Positions 1-13,156 of a stretch of DNA of 64,000 nucleotides are shown piece after piece. Position 1 is the first letter of the stretch. Every line of letters starts with the position of its first letter. The position numbers were made by a program, and so were the translations under genes. Under the pieces are notes generated by a model, which worked only from the letters and a program-made list of their open reading frames with translations, was not told where the DNA came from and did not search any database. The stretch lies in contig CM120648.1 of NCBI GenBank assembly GCA_051362555.1, positions 12,520,587 to 12,584,586 on the forward strand, in the 5' to 3' direction. The DNA comes from Lingula anatina (taxonomy: Eukaryota > Animalia > Brachiopoda).

Positions 1-689
1 AATTAAGTGGTGAGTGCGTGTCACGTAATTAGCGTCCTTCTTGTAAGGACATCTTGCGACTCGGAAGGCAGACTTGCGCCTTTCCATTGCAACCTTTCCT
101 CTACCTCTACGAACTCCAAAGCCTCCGCTGTACCCATAATTTGTAGGGGACGTACGGTCCTAAAATTACGGTCTTAAATTACGCTCGCCACGGTGCTGTA
201 TGATGAAATCGTATATGATTTGTGATTTCTTGACATCGAGAATGTTTACGGACTACGGCAAGTACATGCATGTGTCATGTTCTTTCTCTGACATGACGGT
301 AAGGTAGCGAAAATGTGGTTTGTCAGTTTAAAATTGTTCATACGGAGCCCCCTCAGCACAGTTGTGTGGCCTCCTTAAAGTTCGAGACGTGTTTGGGAAG
401 CCCCCTACATTTTTGCACTCACATGGTCAACAAACAGAAACATAATATAAAAACCATACATGTGAATTTGTAAAAATCAGATGTAAAAATCTTCACTATT
501 GTTATGCCACACGAAAAGGGATATACGGGTATTATGCGCGCACCGCACAGACATCGCTTGGTAAGTGTAACAACACATACAAGAAACTTGGATTTTGATT
601 CGCTATTTTCGATGCAACGGGTCACTGGACGATGTCGCATTTTGATATAATTGATGAAAATGGAATATCCATCGGGACAATTATTTTTT

Positions 690-1997
690 TCCCCATCGAA
701 AAGATCGAAGAATTACCATATACAGTTTTTGTGAAATTTTGATTTTTCACTTAACGACATTTTCAATGTGTGACTTTGAACTTCCTTTGGCTTGAAGGCC
801 TTTCAAGTCACAATTTCTGAAAATCCATTATACTTTTATATTACCATTAAAAATTGATTATCATTTTACTGTTAAGTTTTATGTGATATTGCATCAAAAT
901 TGAAGAAAACCCTATTTTGGGCACTGCTTTTACTTTTATTGGTATTACCTGTTGTGCATAATTGAACTTTGATGTTGACTGTGCAGTTAAGCATAATGAA
1001 TTATTGCATCAGAATTGACAGTCTCCTATTTTGTGCATTATTATTTTCTGCTTTTTTATTTAAGGTGTGACTTGTGGACCTGAAGACCTTTGCTAGTCAC
1101 ATTTTGGTGGTCAGTCTGTAATTTTTCCCTTGGGTAATCACTAGCTAAGTTCAGAGGTATAGAGTCACTTGCCTGATTAAATTAAAGTGGCCATTAAATG
1201 AGATTACATAAAACACACTTGTTGATGTTTCCCTGTAAACTCCCATAGGTTAAGCTCTCTGCCAGATAACAGTGATAGGAAGCAGTGATAATTATGCAGG
1301 TAAATGTTGTTTAATATTGCATATAATTTTTCAAAAAAATATTATTTTGTGTAATGCCAACATTAATGCTATATCATGTTAATACAGCAGGATTAAAAGC
1401 TTGAATAACAGCTTTATTGGAGTTTTTTAAATGTTTTCTTTTTAATTTTTCTTTTCAAACACTGGTATTTTTAAGATATGACTTTTAACCCCATCCAGCT
1501 GAAGCTCTGCACATTTTCTGAATTTCCACATAAGCAGCTGTATTGGTATTTATGTCTTTAAATATTATGTAATACTATTTTATGCTCTGTAATCATTTTT
1601 CAAATACTGGGATTTTCATTATGTGAATTTGAACTCTCATGGTCCTGAAACTAATGTTATTGCAAGGGCAGATTGAGACCATCTTCTGGGTCTTCCGGAA
1701 AATTGTCAGATTTTAATGTTTACATTGACGAGTATTTTTTTTTTCATTTGGAAGTCCATCAAAAGTGGAGGATGGATCAACAAAGATAACTTGAAATACT
1801 GTCAGAAAATATCTCTGGATCTGCTCCTGTTATTGAGCATGTTAGCTGTTTTGCATGATTAAAATTCTTTGTTTATTGACTGTGTTATTATAAGCATTAT
1901 TTATTATTGCATCAAAATTTACAAAATGCATCTTTATTCTGCATCTTTATTTTATTATTTTTTTGTCTGTACATTTGACAGCTTTGCTGCCTTATTG
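690..1997 (+). mobile_element. 5'-truncated Helentron/HINE-like element, family B
   Basis: Body similar to about 15550-17498; ends in TGTCTGTACAT + GACAGCTTTGCTGCC hairpin + TT. Confidence 0.7.
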
Positions 1998-2073
1998 TTA
2001 TTATTATATATATATATGATAAAAAGAAATAAAGAACAGCAGTTATTTTGTATAATGTATATATATTATCTAG

Positions 2074-2132
2074 GACGTTTCAAATGAAGTTTCTGTGATT
2101 ACATTGGAGGAGCAAAAGAATACACCTTTCAG
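2074..2132 (+). CDS. Polycystin-1-like gene, short internal exon (DVSNEVSVITLEEQKNTPF-R)
   Basis: tag|GAC acceptor, AG|gtgaat donor; ends in phase 2, which matches the next exon (AG+A = Arg before LPWW). Confidence 0.7.
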
Positions 2133-2406
2133 GTGAATGAAATTTTTGTCTTGTTTTTTCTTTTTTATTTTTACAAAAGAAGTGTTACTACTGAACTTGT
2201 GAGTGTAATTTAACTTTTATCCTCTCTCTCTCTCTCTCTCTCTCCTATTATACAGAAACAAGCATGCACACACACATGCACAAAGATCTTATTCATGCTG
2301 TATAGGTACCAGGACTGAATCTTAGTCATATATATTGTTTGCATGACTGTTTTACACTCCCATCCACACACCCCTGGCTGGTTTTTTATCTTAGATGATT
2401 TATCGC

Positions 2407-2910
2407 TGTAGCTTTACTTTGTCTTCAGACTTTCATGGTGGTGTATCTACATAGCCTGGGTGGTGGCTGTGATAACATGTAGCTTTACTTTGTCTTAATT
2501 TAGACTTCCATGGTGGTGTATCTACATAACCTGGGTGGTGGCTGTGATAACATGTAGCTTTACTTTGTTTTCAGACTTCCATGGTGGTGTATCTACATAG
2601 CCTGGGTGGTGGCTGTGATAACATGTAGCTTTACTTTGTCTTCAGACTTCCATGGTGGTGTATATACATAGCCTGGGTGGTGGCTGTGATAACTTGTAGC
2701 TTTACTTTATCTTCAGACTTCCATGGTGGTGTATCTACATAGCCTGGGTGGTGGCTGTGATAACATGTAGCTTTACTTTGTCTTTAGACTTCCATGGTGG
2801 TGTATCTACATAGCCTGGGTGGTGACTGTGTTAACTTGTAGCTTTATTTTGTCTTTAGACTTCCATGGTGGTGTATCTACATAGCCTGGGTGGTGGCAGT
2901 GTTAACCTGT
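2407..2910 (+). repeat. 71-bp minisatellite (7 copies) spanning the 3' splice site of exon 2859-3033
   Basis: Exon-like starts at 2429, 2504, 2575, 2646, 2717, 2788 and 2859; unit is about 21 nt of intron tail plus about 50 nt of exon. Confidence 0.95.
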
Positions 2911-3033
2911 CTGGTCTGTTCTTACTACACCATGTTGTACGGACTCAAGTACGGACACAAGAAAAGTGTGCAGTGGGTGGTTGCCTTCTTTACAGGGTTC
3001 TTCCAAAGTGTGTGCATTACACAGCCAATTAAG
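2859..3033 (+). CDS. Polycystin-1-like exon, two TM helices (LPWWCIYIAW...YGLKYG...QPIK)
   Basis: LPWW, YG-x-x-YG and QPIK motifs typical of the PKD1-family TM4-TM5 region; ttag acceptor, AAG|gtgagt donor; 175 nt, phase 2 to 0. Confidence 0.9.
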
Positions 3034-3138
3034 GTGAGTAGCAGCAAAAAGGAGTCCATTTTAGAAGGGTGGTTCCTCAAAAGAAGTTTTGACTAGTATT
3101 TTGTAATATACACTTGAGATTTTTTTATATAATAATTA

Positions 3139-3905
3139 CCCAGCAGGCATAGTTGCGTTGGATCAACGTTGAAAACAGGTTGATACCTTGAATTGCCATT
3201 GATCTACCTAAATTAAACATAGTATCAACGTTGATCCAGCCACGTCGAATCACTGTCATAATGTGATGTTGACTTAACATTGTATTTTGGTCAATGACAC
3301 AACCTTGCAGTTATGGATTGTAAATTAAAATATTAATTATTGAAAACCTGATACTTTGTTTATCAATACTGTAACTAAATTTATCAAAATAATAACAAAA
3401 TGGTTTTAAAGTAAAAGTGACAGTTGTTTTGTGTCTTTAGTGAACTAGTGAATTTTCTTAACTTGTTATTCGGAAATACATTCCAATAAACTGAACTCCT
3501 TGCAAGGTCAGCTAACACTAGGATGAATAAGTTGCTGTAAATATGATGTAGTGAATTAATAAAGTGAACAGTTCTTGGTAACCTGTTATAGTATACATAG
3601 ACAAGTTGAGGTGACTGTGACCTTGTTACACACACACACGCACACACACACATATATATTTAAATCTTAACTTTGGAAATTTTAACTTTAAGGCCATACT
3701 TTTATACCTTACCCTCATTTCAATGTCTTTTCATGCAAGAATGTTGTCTAACAATTGGGGTTGATACAATGTTGATATCTGATGTTGATACAACGCTGTT
3801 ATCTGAGGTTGAGTCAACTTTCAAATCCAATGTTTATCCAACGTCTTACCAACGTTATGGTTCAATGTTGTTTCAACGTTAAAACAACATATTTTGCCCG
3901 CTGGG
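3139..3905. mobile_element. Non-autonomous DNA transposon (MITE), CCCAGC...GCTGGG termini, TA flanks
   Basis: ta|CCCAGCAGGCA ... TGCCCGCTGGG|ta; subterminal CAACGTTG motifs at both ends. Confidence 0.75.
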
Positions 3906-3993
3906 TATAGGCTTTTCTTTTTAGTATTTTTTAGTTTAAAAATGTGTAGACCATTTTGATTTAGGATAAACTAGCAGTAAAACTCTTCATTAA

Positions 3994-6726
3994 GGACGTC
4001 CTCTCATATTAGCTTTTTTTGCGATCTGCGCAGATTTCGCGCATGAGTAGTTTTTTGCGATAGCGGCTAATGATAAACATATAACATGCAATAAAATACG
4101 TAATTCACCCTTTTAAGAAATCAATATGAAATCTTTGATGTTATTTTGGTCGAAGCGCTACGAATATGTCAACAATGCGTTGCGTATCTGTGAACGCTTG
4201 GTCTTTTACGACGTAAAGTACCCACTTGCGACTTTGTTTACAAATGCCGCAATGTAAGAAATTACGTGAAGAAGGGATAGAAAAGAACGTTTTAGTAAGG
4301 CTTGTATAGCAGTGACAAGATCTTATCTCACGGAAAATAATCACAATGGTTTGCATTTTGACCACAATGTGTATTGTGGTGATTTGTCACATGGTTACGA
4401 TGTGTGCAACAAGACATTGCCTTCTTCAGCATTGGTTTCCGATCACCCAGGGCCAAGTTACCGTGATTTGTATGCTGAAAACAATTCTCTTCTTTCACAA
4501 TAAGTTAAAATAATTAGACTCATGGCGTTTTGTTGTTGATTTAAGTATGTTATTGAACAATTTGACCTGCAAACAGTGCGATTTTCAGCTCTCCGGGAAA
4601 GATGCAACAGGTATGCACCCGCCTGGCGTGTTGCGACGTCATTCTTGTAATGGTTTTGTTAAAGTGCAAATGGACCAAACCATAAAACACACAACAGAGG
4701 ACCAAGGGTTTTTATGCAGATACATGAAATACTTTTTGATGCTAGGAAAATAAACAGTATATTTTAGAAGATAAAGTGTACTTTATTCCAACGTTATCCT
4801 AATTTACCCAATCATAAACAAGAGATCGACTTTAGTTTGTAAATTTATTACTTCACAGAAATTATTCAGCCCATAATGAATTAGAAGATAGTCTTGAGTT
4901 GCAAAATTTAGTTAATTTTTGCAATGATGAAAGTGAAGAAAATTCTTTTCTTCTGATTTTTTATTTTATCCCAGTCAATTGACTAAATCCTGTGTGAAAC
5001 CTTTACCAAATTCTGTAGAAAACCTTGTTTGTAAAAAAATAATTTCTCCATGTGTAGGGGAAAAAAATAAAGCTGTCAGGGTTAACATATCAGAATAAGT
5101 AATTGCTTTTCAAAGAGAAAGTCTAGATGGTCTTTATTTTCTTCTCAGTGAATTCAATCCAAACACAAAAAAAACCACGAGTAAAAAATTGCATAAAAGT
5201 AATAAAAATTGTATGATTTTTTATTTTAAAATTAATATGCATATTTATATGCTATTGATATGTATTTGATTGCATGTTGTAAACATAATATGAAACAGAA
5301 ATAAACTGATAATCAAAGATGTCTGTAGATGAATACTTTTTTCACCATCTTCCATATATAGAGAAGAAATATGACTAAGAGCGCATTCTCAATGAAGTAA
5401 GCCAGGCTTTACAAAGCCAGTGACCTAAAAATGGCGGACGTACATGAAAGAAAAACCGCCTAATCTTTTAATAGTCTCTCCGCCTCCCCACACGTCGTCC
5501 CTGCGGGGTACAGTAATTAAATCGCGTCTCCGTTCGCCATGCGGAAGCTACCTGAGAAATATTAAGTGCGCATGCTCATCAGTTAAACTCGTGGTGAAGA
5601 AAGCATTGCGGCTGAGGGCGATCGAAGGAAAAAAGCTCTTCTGTTCTATTATCTTTGAAAACAGAGACGAAAAGGAATAATTCGGCCCGTAGAGCAGCAA
5701 TGAATCGACTATCTACGGAGATAATATCACCAGAGATATTCACGGAAATATAAATGTTCGGAGCCGAGAATTAATTACTGTACCCCGCAGGGACGACGTG
5801 TGGGGAGGCGTGTGAGAGGCGGAGAGACTATTAAAAGATTAGGCGGTTTTTCTTTCATGTACGTCCGCCATTTTTAGGTCACCGGCTTTGTAAAGCCTGG
5901 CTTACTTCGTTGAGAATGCGCTCTAACTTACCATAGTAAGAAATTGATACATTGTTAATATACAAAGGAAACAATTTATCCAGCTATCTCACCATAAAGT
6001 GCATATTTTAGTGCTGAGTAAGAATAATAAAGAAACAAAAGAAATAAAAATAAAAAGGAATAAGAAAATAAGTCACATGAGATTGATATAATATGCTTTT
6101 GGTCAATCTGCCTAGCCTATGAAAAATCCAATATGGCGGCATTCCATGAGGTATACTGAAATCCAACTGATACTTTCAACATTTGATTATCTATTTATTA
6201 TGAATGGGACATGCAAATTTTATGAAATTTGGTTAACTGATGCAGAGAAGTATAAATACAATTTTCATGGAAGCATAATAAGTGTATGAGTTAAAAACCT
6301 AATGATACAAATATATTTATCTTAATTTGCTAGGAAATTTCCATTGATTCCTATGTAAAATTAATAAATAATCGATGTTCAAGCAGCCCTGGCTCAAAAA
6401 CAAGCGTGGTGTGGTACATATTTTTTTGTTAATTTCTTTGAGGTCTACCAAGATCTATAACATATCCACATAAAATTAAAATCGCTAGGGCAGAATTTTT
6501 TATTTTTGCATTTTTCAGCAAAATTAAGGGCATTTTGGCAAAATCCCCATATAACGCAATGTAATAAACGTAGCGTTTTTCGGGACACCACCTCTCGAAA
6601 ACGAGCGTGGGGACCCCCAATTTTTTTTTCATATTTTTTACTCATATGGTAAGAAGATTTTGTCTTACAATTTTAATCAAAATCGCTAGGGCAGAAATAT
6701 GAAATCTGAAATATGAGAGGGCGTCC
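3994..6726. mobile_element. Kolobok-like non-autonomous DNA transposon
   Basis: TTAA|GGACGTCCTCTCATATT ... AATATGAGAGGGCGTCC|TTAA; TTAA TSD with RR..YY termini. Confidence 0.8.
5379..5923. mobile_element. PIF/Harbinger-like MITE with about 140-bp TIRs, nested in the Kolobok-like element
   Basis: taa|GAGCGCATTCTCAA ... TTGAGAATGCGCTC|taa; long near-perfect inverted repeats. Confidence 0.85.
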
Positions 6727-7966
6727 TTAAAAGAAATAAATTGTTTTTTATTTATTTATTTCTTTATTAATTTATTTGAAATTCAAATTAACTTTTGGTA
6801 TTGAGTTATGTTGTGAAACAGGTCACTTGTTTACATTGATTACCTTTGTATAAGTTTATATAAGTGTTAAATGTAGGCAGTTAAAACTACCCTGAATGTC
6901 AGGGCCCCTGTGAAGCTAGCTTGTTAACTATTCAATACCTTTACTGAGGCCCAGAGAACCAGTGACAATTTTGAGTATCTGTCAGTCAAAAAGAACTGTT
7001 CCGCAGTGAATCTGCAGTTGAACGTCATTAGTCCAAAATGAAACATAAAACAGATTTAATTTAGCTTTATTTAATTTTATTTTCTGTATACAAGATGTAA
7101 ATGAAAAAAAAAAATATATATATATATTTTTAAGAGAAAGAGATATACTAGATGTTTTTGTATTTTTTGCTTATCAAAAACATTTGCTCCTGTAGATGTA
7201 AACACAATACACTTGCTTGCCATGTGCCAAGTTTGACAGCTACATTGTATGTCCGATACCACTATAAGGGCTGTGCAATGGCTACAAAAAAAATCAGTTT
7301 TTAAAGCAGAAATAAGCTGCTTGTGTTGTGGCACTGACCTTCGTTTGCAAGATATTCTTAGTTCAAACTTCAAACTCTGCGTCAGCCACTTTGCTTCTTG
7401 TCTCGCCTGCGCGAGATAACATTAGCGTAAGGCAGGAAAGGCAGCTCCAGGCTTGACAGACTGTGACATACGAGACTTGTGACTTCAAATGTGGAAATGC
7501 CCAGGCAAAAATTTGCCGAACACACCCTCCACTTGACGCTAGTCTCTAGTGTCAGTTTTGCTGATATGGGTTATATATGACATGAAACCTAGGGTAATTA
7601 AAATGGGATTTGCAAATATATCTTTGTTATCTTGTTAACAGACAAAATTAAAAGTGTAAGAGGAAAATTTTTTTTTTAAAATGCATTTATACCAATATAG
7701 TGACAATGTAAGCTGTAAAATATAGAATGGAATATGGTATATTAAATTAGTAGCTTGATTTGGGTATCAATTAATTACAATAGTCGGTACCTAATTAAAC
7801 AACTTCTACTCATATTGAGAGAAATGATTTACCGCATGTTACTGTACATAATAATAATAATAATAATAATAATGATAATATCTATTTAAGAACATAAAAT
7901 TGCCATGGTACTGTTTTCTTATTTATTTAATTATTTTGCCTGCCTTATCTAAAATTCTGCATTCAG

Positions 7967-8048
7967 GTCATCCTGATTGCATTGTTGGTGAGCTTGATCC
8001 TGAAGAAAACAGTGGCAATAAATGAGGGGAAGAAGGATATACCTCTGA
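7967..8048 (+). CDS. Polycystin-1-like exon (VILIALLVSLILKK...)
   Basis: Continues QPIK-V; cag acceptor, A|gtaag donor; phase 0 to 1. Confidence 0.88.
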
Positions 8049-8323
8049 GTAAGAATATAGTTCATGTACTCAGTTACAGTACCTGTGTCTTTGAATTAAG
8101 AAGTCTTCCATTTCAATTGTTGCAATCTAAGGCTCTCTTAATTATTTTGAAATATTGAACACATATAGCTATTTTTCTGTGTAATTTAAACTAAGTACTT
8201 CCTAATTTGTTGCTGAAAATAGAAATATTCATTTCAAATTTTAAATTTTTCTAGTTTTAAGTTAGACCTAGAGTGGAAAGGAGTGTGAAAGTAACTCCAT
8301 TTAATTTTGTTTTACCCCCACAG

Positions 8324-8628
8324 CTGAAGATGAAAAATACCTAAAGGATGAGAACATAGCTCATTATCGAAAGAATCTTCAACAAAAGCGTGCTCAGCAC
8401 GTATACAAGCCTCTACCAGAGCCTGTGGTAGAACACATGCGCGGCATACGGATGAAAGAGAGGAGGATGTATCAAATACTTGTAGAGCTGGCGCTCTACG
8501 TGACCTTCACCTTGGCCCTGGTATTTGTGACATATGGCCACCGAGACCCTATGGCATTCTATGTGACAAAGTCTACAGAAGATGTGTTTATCACAGTGGA
8601 GTATGCAGATGGTCCAGCCTTTGAAGAG
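8324..8628 (+). CDS. Polycystin-1-like exon (…KERRMYQILVELALYVTFTLALVFVTYGHRD…, first TM of the channel-like domain)
   Basis: cag acceptor, GAG|gtgagt donor; phase 1 to 0; overlaps ORF 8425-8637. Confidence 0.92.
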
Positions 8629-8902
8629 GTGAGTTAGACGGGACTGGACATTTCAAGGTACTGATAGAGATTTTAAAATCATTCAGTTGTAAGGAACTGA
8701 TAGGAATTCTTCAAGACCTCCAGTATTTGCATGATGGCAATTCTTGAAAAGCTTCAGTTTCACTGTACTGATGGAGATTACACAGAGCCAGATGGTAAAA
8801 GTTTGTTTGAGAGAATTTGATCATTACTGGTTCTGTAACAGTTGCAATCTGCTGTATAAACTATCACTTATCTGTTACATGTATTTTCACCATTCTCCCC
8901 AG

Positions 8903-9071
8903 GTCAGTGATGTTGACTCTATGTGGGAGTACCTAGAGGAGACATTTGTACCTTCCCTGTTCACCTCTACCTGGTACAATGGTGACAGTGTGACAGAGAG
9001 TGACACCCTGACAGCTGACATGGTGTCACTCCATGTAGGGGCAGCCAGACTCAGACAGCTGAGAGTGAAAG
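8903..9071 (+). CDS. Polycystin (TOP) domain exon (W-YLEETFVPSLF…WYNG…RLRQLRV)
   Basis: Polycystin-domain motifs WYNG and RLRQLRV; phase 0 to 1; canonical splice sites. Confidence 0.95.
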
Positions 9072-10182
9072 GTTAGATTTCCATAGTCTCTCTGTACTGT
9101 ACAAAACTAGTTATTATATCTGTGAATTCAAAGTTAGGATCTCTCTGTCTCTATTTCTTCTGACATACAGATAGTGCATGCTCACTCACATACACACACA
9201 CAAACACACATAAGGTATGTTATGACATTGTGAGAGTAGTCGTATAATGCAGTGCACCAAACCCAGTATAGAGGTGCATTTCACATGCTTAAGTGTCCAA
9301 AAAATAAAATTAATGAATTCAAAGTTGTACTCAATTTTTTATTCATATATGTGTATAGAACAAAATTCCACAACTGTCATTATGCAAAGAACCCTAAATG
9401 GTAACGTACATTCTGGAAGCGTATGGTAATGTATGTTCAGGGTCATTTAATATTAATTTTTATAACGCATTCCAATATATTTTGTAGTGATTCAGTCATG
9501 GTAAATTATGCATGAAGTAAGGATGTTTTTATAAATGTTTAAACTATAATTCATGGGGCTTTGCTTCATGATTAATACTGGGTAACATAACAGTATGTAC
9601 CCCAGAAAAATTATCAAAAATTTTCAGTTTGTTCGAGTACTTGGTGCAAGAGAAAACAGCTGACCGAAAAACATATTGTGAAACATATTGTGATTCCATA
9701 ACAGTTTGGCATTTCTGATATAAAATGTGATTCAAAGTGGAAAAATAATTTATTTATTGTTTATTTGACTATCTGTAGGGTGTGTTTTCCCGGTTTTTGT
9801 TTTAATTAATTGCTCTATACAGAAGATGATAATAATTTTTACAAAGTAATACTTACAGGAGATAAATCAAAGAACAAAACCAGTGACGATTTAATTTTCA
9901 AAGTGGGTCAATTGTTTCACAGCCGGACACTTTGTATTTGTGACAGTAACGTACCTATGCTTCTTTTTGGGTATAGAAGATGAATTATTATTCATGGTTC
10001 CAGGAGAGTGAAACTTTGATACAAACTTCTTTATGTGGGACCCTAAAATAATCAAAAATAGTTCACAATCTGTGCACTAAATATTTTTAAAAGCATGCCT
10101 GTGACCTTTGTTGCACCTCCATATTGGGTTTGGGTGAGTAATGAGTTCATTGAGCTCCTGTATCATATCTCTTGTATTTCAG

Positions 10183-10389
10183 ATGTCTGCAATGTGCCCC
10201 CCACCTTTCAGTCCATGATCCACTCCTGTACAGTGAGATATGAATGGGGCACTGATGACAGCAGGGACTATAACACCTCATGGACACCCCTGGTGAACAG
10301 AACTGACCACCCCACTAACCAGTGGACATACCAGTCTGCTTTCAAGCTGAGGTCACTTCCATTTGCTGGAAAACATGGCACTTACAATG
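10183..10389 (+). CDS. Polycystin domain exon (DVCNVP…C…DYNTSW…WTYQS…GTYNG)
   Basis: Conserved Cys pair, WxY and G-x-Y-x-G motifs; phase 1 to 1. Confidence 0.93.
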
Positions 10390-11509
10390 GTAAACTATTT
10401 CTCCCTGTAACTACAAGTAGTGCATAATGATGGTTAAAGTCATGATAACTCTTCGTTTTGGCCAAAAATTGGATTTTCCTGGAGTAAACGGCAATTTTCC
10501 CGTACTTACCAATGGTCAACGACCCCATTCCTGCATTCAAAGTTAGTTCAGGGTTTTTTTCCTAAACGTTTGGTTTTTGGTAAAATCTCTGAAGAGATTT
10601 TAACTGACGGAGCCCTCTATGACATTGCATAGTCACGCGATATCGAGCGATATTTTCTGGTGACCTACTTAAAACCGCGGGAAAAGCAGACAACAACAAC
10701 ACTACATAACAATAATACAAGATTCATAAGATACATTTGTCTTATTGCTCAAATTGCATTTATATCTACAATGTGTGCAATTCTGGGCTTTTCGTTATCC
10801 GACGCACTGTACGAAAACTCACAACTTACGTCTGCGGGTTGCATCAACGCGTTTGGCGCCTTATGTTATTTTAGTCTCGAATGAACACAAGAATCCTCAT
10901 GAAACCCCAACGTCATTTGCAACATATGCCTTGACGACCGTGAAGAAAGGCATCGAAAGCCCTATTGACAAGCACAGATTTTAGTTTTACTACAATAACA
11001 GCTATTTTAGTGGTAAAATACAATAGAATATATCTCCATGTGTTGTTTACAATGTATTTCTTGCGGAATTTTGAATCTCAAAGGAAGAGTTATTATTGCT
11101 TTAATTCAAACTGCTACGGCTACTTGTGGCTTGGTTTTTCTAGAATAGCGTAAATGTTTATTTTAAAGTAATTAATTTGAAAATGTATGTTCTTTATTCA
11201 TGCTTGCATTGCTTACTATTACTTATCCTCTTCAAGACTTGTCAGCATCCTTTGCCCTCTCCCTCTATCTTTTGCTGCTATCCTTGCTTTATTTGCCTTA
11301 ACTTAGATATTTACTATATAAATATAGGTTTGTGTTTTTATTGGGCTGTCTTTGTTGAATCCGTACTAGACTGAATTTGTTGACTAGAAAAATACCAATG
11401 AAATGAAAATATTGATTAGCATGTGAAAGCAGTTTATTGGAATAATCCAATACACAACCATGCATGTATCTTTTGAACTTGGAGGGTGCTTTTTTGGTTC
11501 AACTAAGAA

Positions 11510-11660
11510 AAAAAATTCTTTCTGTCCATACTGTAACAGTAATATGTTAGTTGGAGGATGTGTGAAACTCCTTGGTGACACCAGAGAAAAAAACTTTTCT
11601 GTTACTATATGATATTTTAGGTGGAGGATATGTGAAACTCCTTGGTGACACCAGAAATAA
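11510..11660 (+). repeat. Diverged 70-bp duplication spanning the acceptor of exon 11621-11855
   Basis: ttag|TTGGAGGATGTGTGAAACTCCTTGGTGACACCAGA at 11551 versus ttag|GTGGAGGATATGTGAAACTCCTTGGTGACACCAGA at 11621. Confidence 0.9.
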
Positions 11661-11855
11661 AAGCCTGTCAGTTCTTACAGACCTACAGGAGTCCAAGTGG
11701 ATAGACCAGAGGACACGTGCCGTGTTTCTGGAGTTTACCCTGTATAACCCCCAGGTTAACTTGTTCAGTGTGGCACAGTTACTATTTGAGTTCCACCCCA
11801 CTGGGGCCATCTTCCCTTTCTATCAAATCTTTACATGTAAATTTTACCAATATGG
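11621..11855 (+). CDS. Polycystin domain exon (GGGYV…WIDQRTRAVFLEFTLYNPQVNLF…EF..TG)
   Basis: Signature WID-x-RTRA-x-F-x-EF-x-x-YN of PKD1/PKD2 families; phase 1 to 2. Confidence 0.96.
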
Positions 11856-12306
11856 GTAAGTTAGCAGGCTATATTTCTTTTTTTTTAGTCTTCAGCAATG
11901 AACTATAATACTCATAAAGAACCAGTGTTGAAGATAAAGTGGAGGCTTAAGTGCTTATTTTTAGAATTTTTGGATTAACCAATAATAATAATAATAATAA
12001 TAAATTGAGCACAGTAATGTTTTCACATTTAAAGGCTTTCTATCAGTATTAGTATAAAATGAAAAAAAATAAATATAGTGTTATAAAATATACTTTATAA
12101 AACAATGCAAGTAAAGAGATACAGTTGAAACGAAATTTTATTTAGAGCAAATTTATAACAACAGCCCTGAAGTCAGTAGGTATACATTTGTTGCCAGAAA
12201 GGTGGTGATTTGATAAACCTTCATCATTAACTGTGAGTTTCTTTCTGTGAGTTTGATCAGGTATCAAGCTCTTTATTATTTATTTTTAATTTTATTTTCA
12301 CTTCAG

Positions 12307-13156
12307 GAATGGGTTGGAAATCTTTGTCGCAGTTTGTGAAGTTATGTTCATCCTGTTTATACTGACATCCACATACAGAGAGTTCAGCAAATTCAGAAAC
12401 ACTGGTTCTAAGGAATACTTCTCAGATCCCTGGAGTTACATAGAGGTGGCAATTGTCTGCCTGGGATACTCAGCCATTGGTCTGTTTTTTCAACGTTTAG
12501 TGATAGTGAACTTCACCATTGCCAATTTCCATGAACATGGCAGAGAGGAATTTGTGAACTTTTTTCCAGCAGCATTCTGGGACTACATCCTGGGCTACAC
12601 CTTGGCAGCCATGCTGGTGCTGACAGTGCTTAAGTTTTTCAAGCTGCTACGGTTTAATGTCCGCATGAACATGTTGTCTGCCACTTTGAAGAAATCTTGG
12701 AAGCCTACACTACATTTCTATCTAGTTCTAGCTTTCCTCATGATGGCCTATTCCTTCTTTGGGCAATGTGCTTTCGGTCACTACATCGAAAAATTTAAGT
12801 CCTTAATAGACACATTACAGACATTGTTCACTCTGATCATGGGAGGATTTGAGTTTGCAATTCTGGGAGACTCAAACCGTGTCATTGGTATTGTGTTTCT
12901 GATAACCTTTGCAATGATAGTCCAGGTGTCGCTGATCAATATGTTCATTGCCATTATCGACGAGTCATTCAGATATGTTCTGAAGGCCACCAAGGAGACG
13001 TCAAATGAGCTGGAGATGGTGGACTTTATGTGGACAAGATTACTGGTGATTCTTGGTCTCCACACAGGGGCAGGGGTCACCATTCCTTCCAGTATTGATT
13101 TGGAGACACTGCAACAAGAGGCTCAGGGTGAAGTTGGTTCAAATACAAACAGCTGA
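12307..13156 (+). CDS. Polycystin cation-channel-like domain exon (S2-S6; KLLRFN, NMFIAII). Ends at stop 13154-13156 or at a possible donor after 13127
   Basis: 280-aa ORF with 5 hydrophobic helices and TRPP/PKD motifs; cag acceptor, phase 2 matches the previous exon. Confidence 0.95.

Noticed and set aside
12781-13083. Minus-strand 100-aa ORF
   Set aside because: Antisense shadow of the polycystin channel exon.
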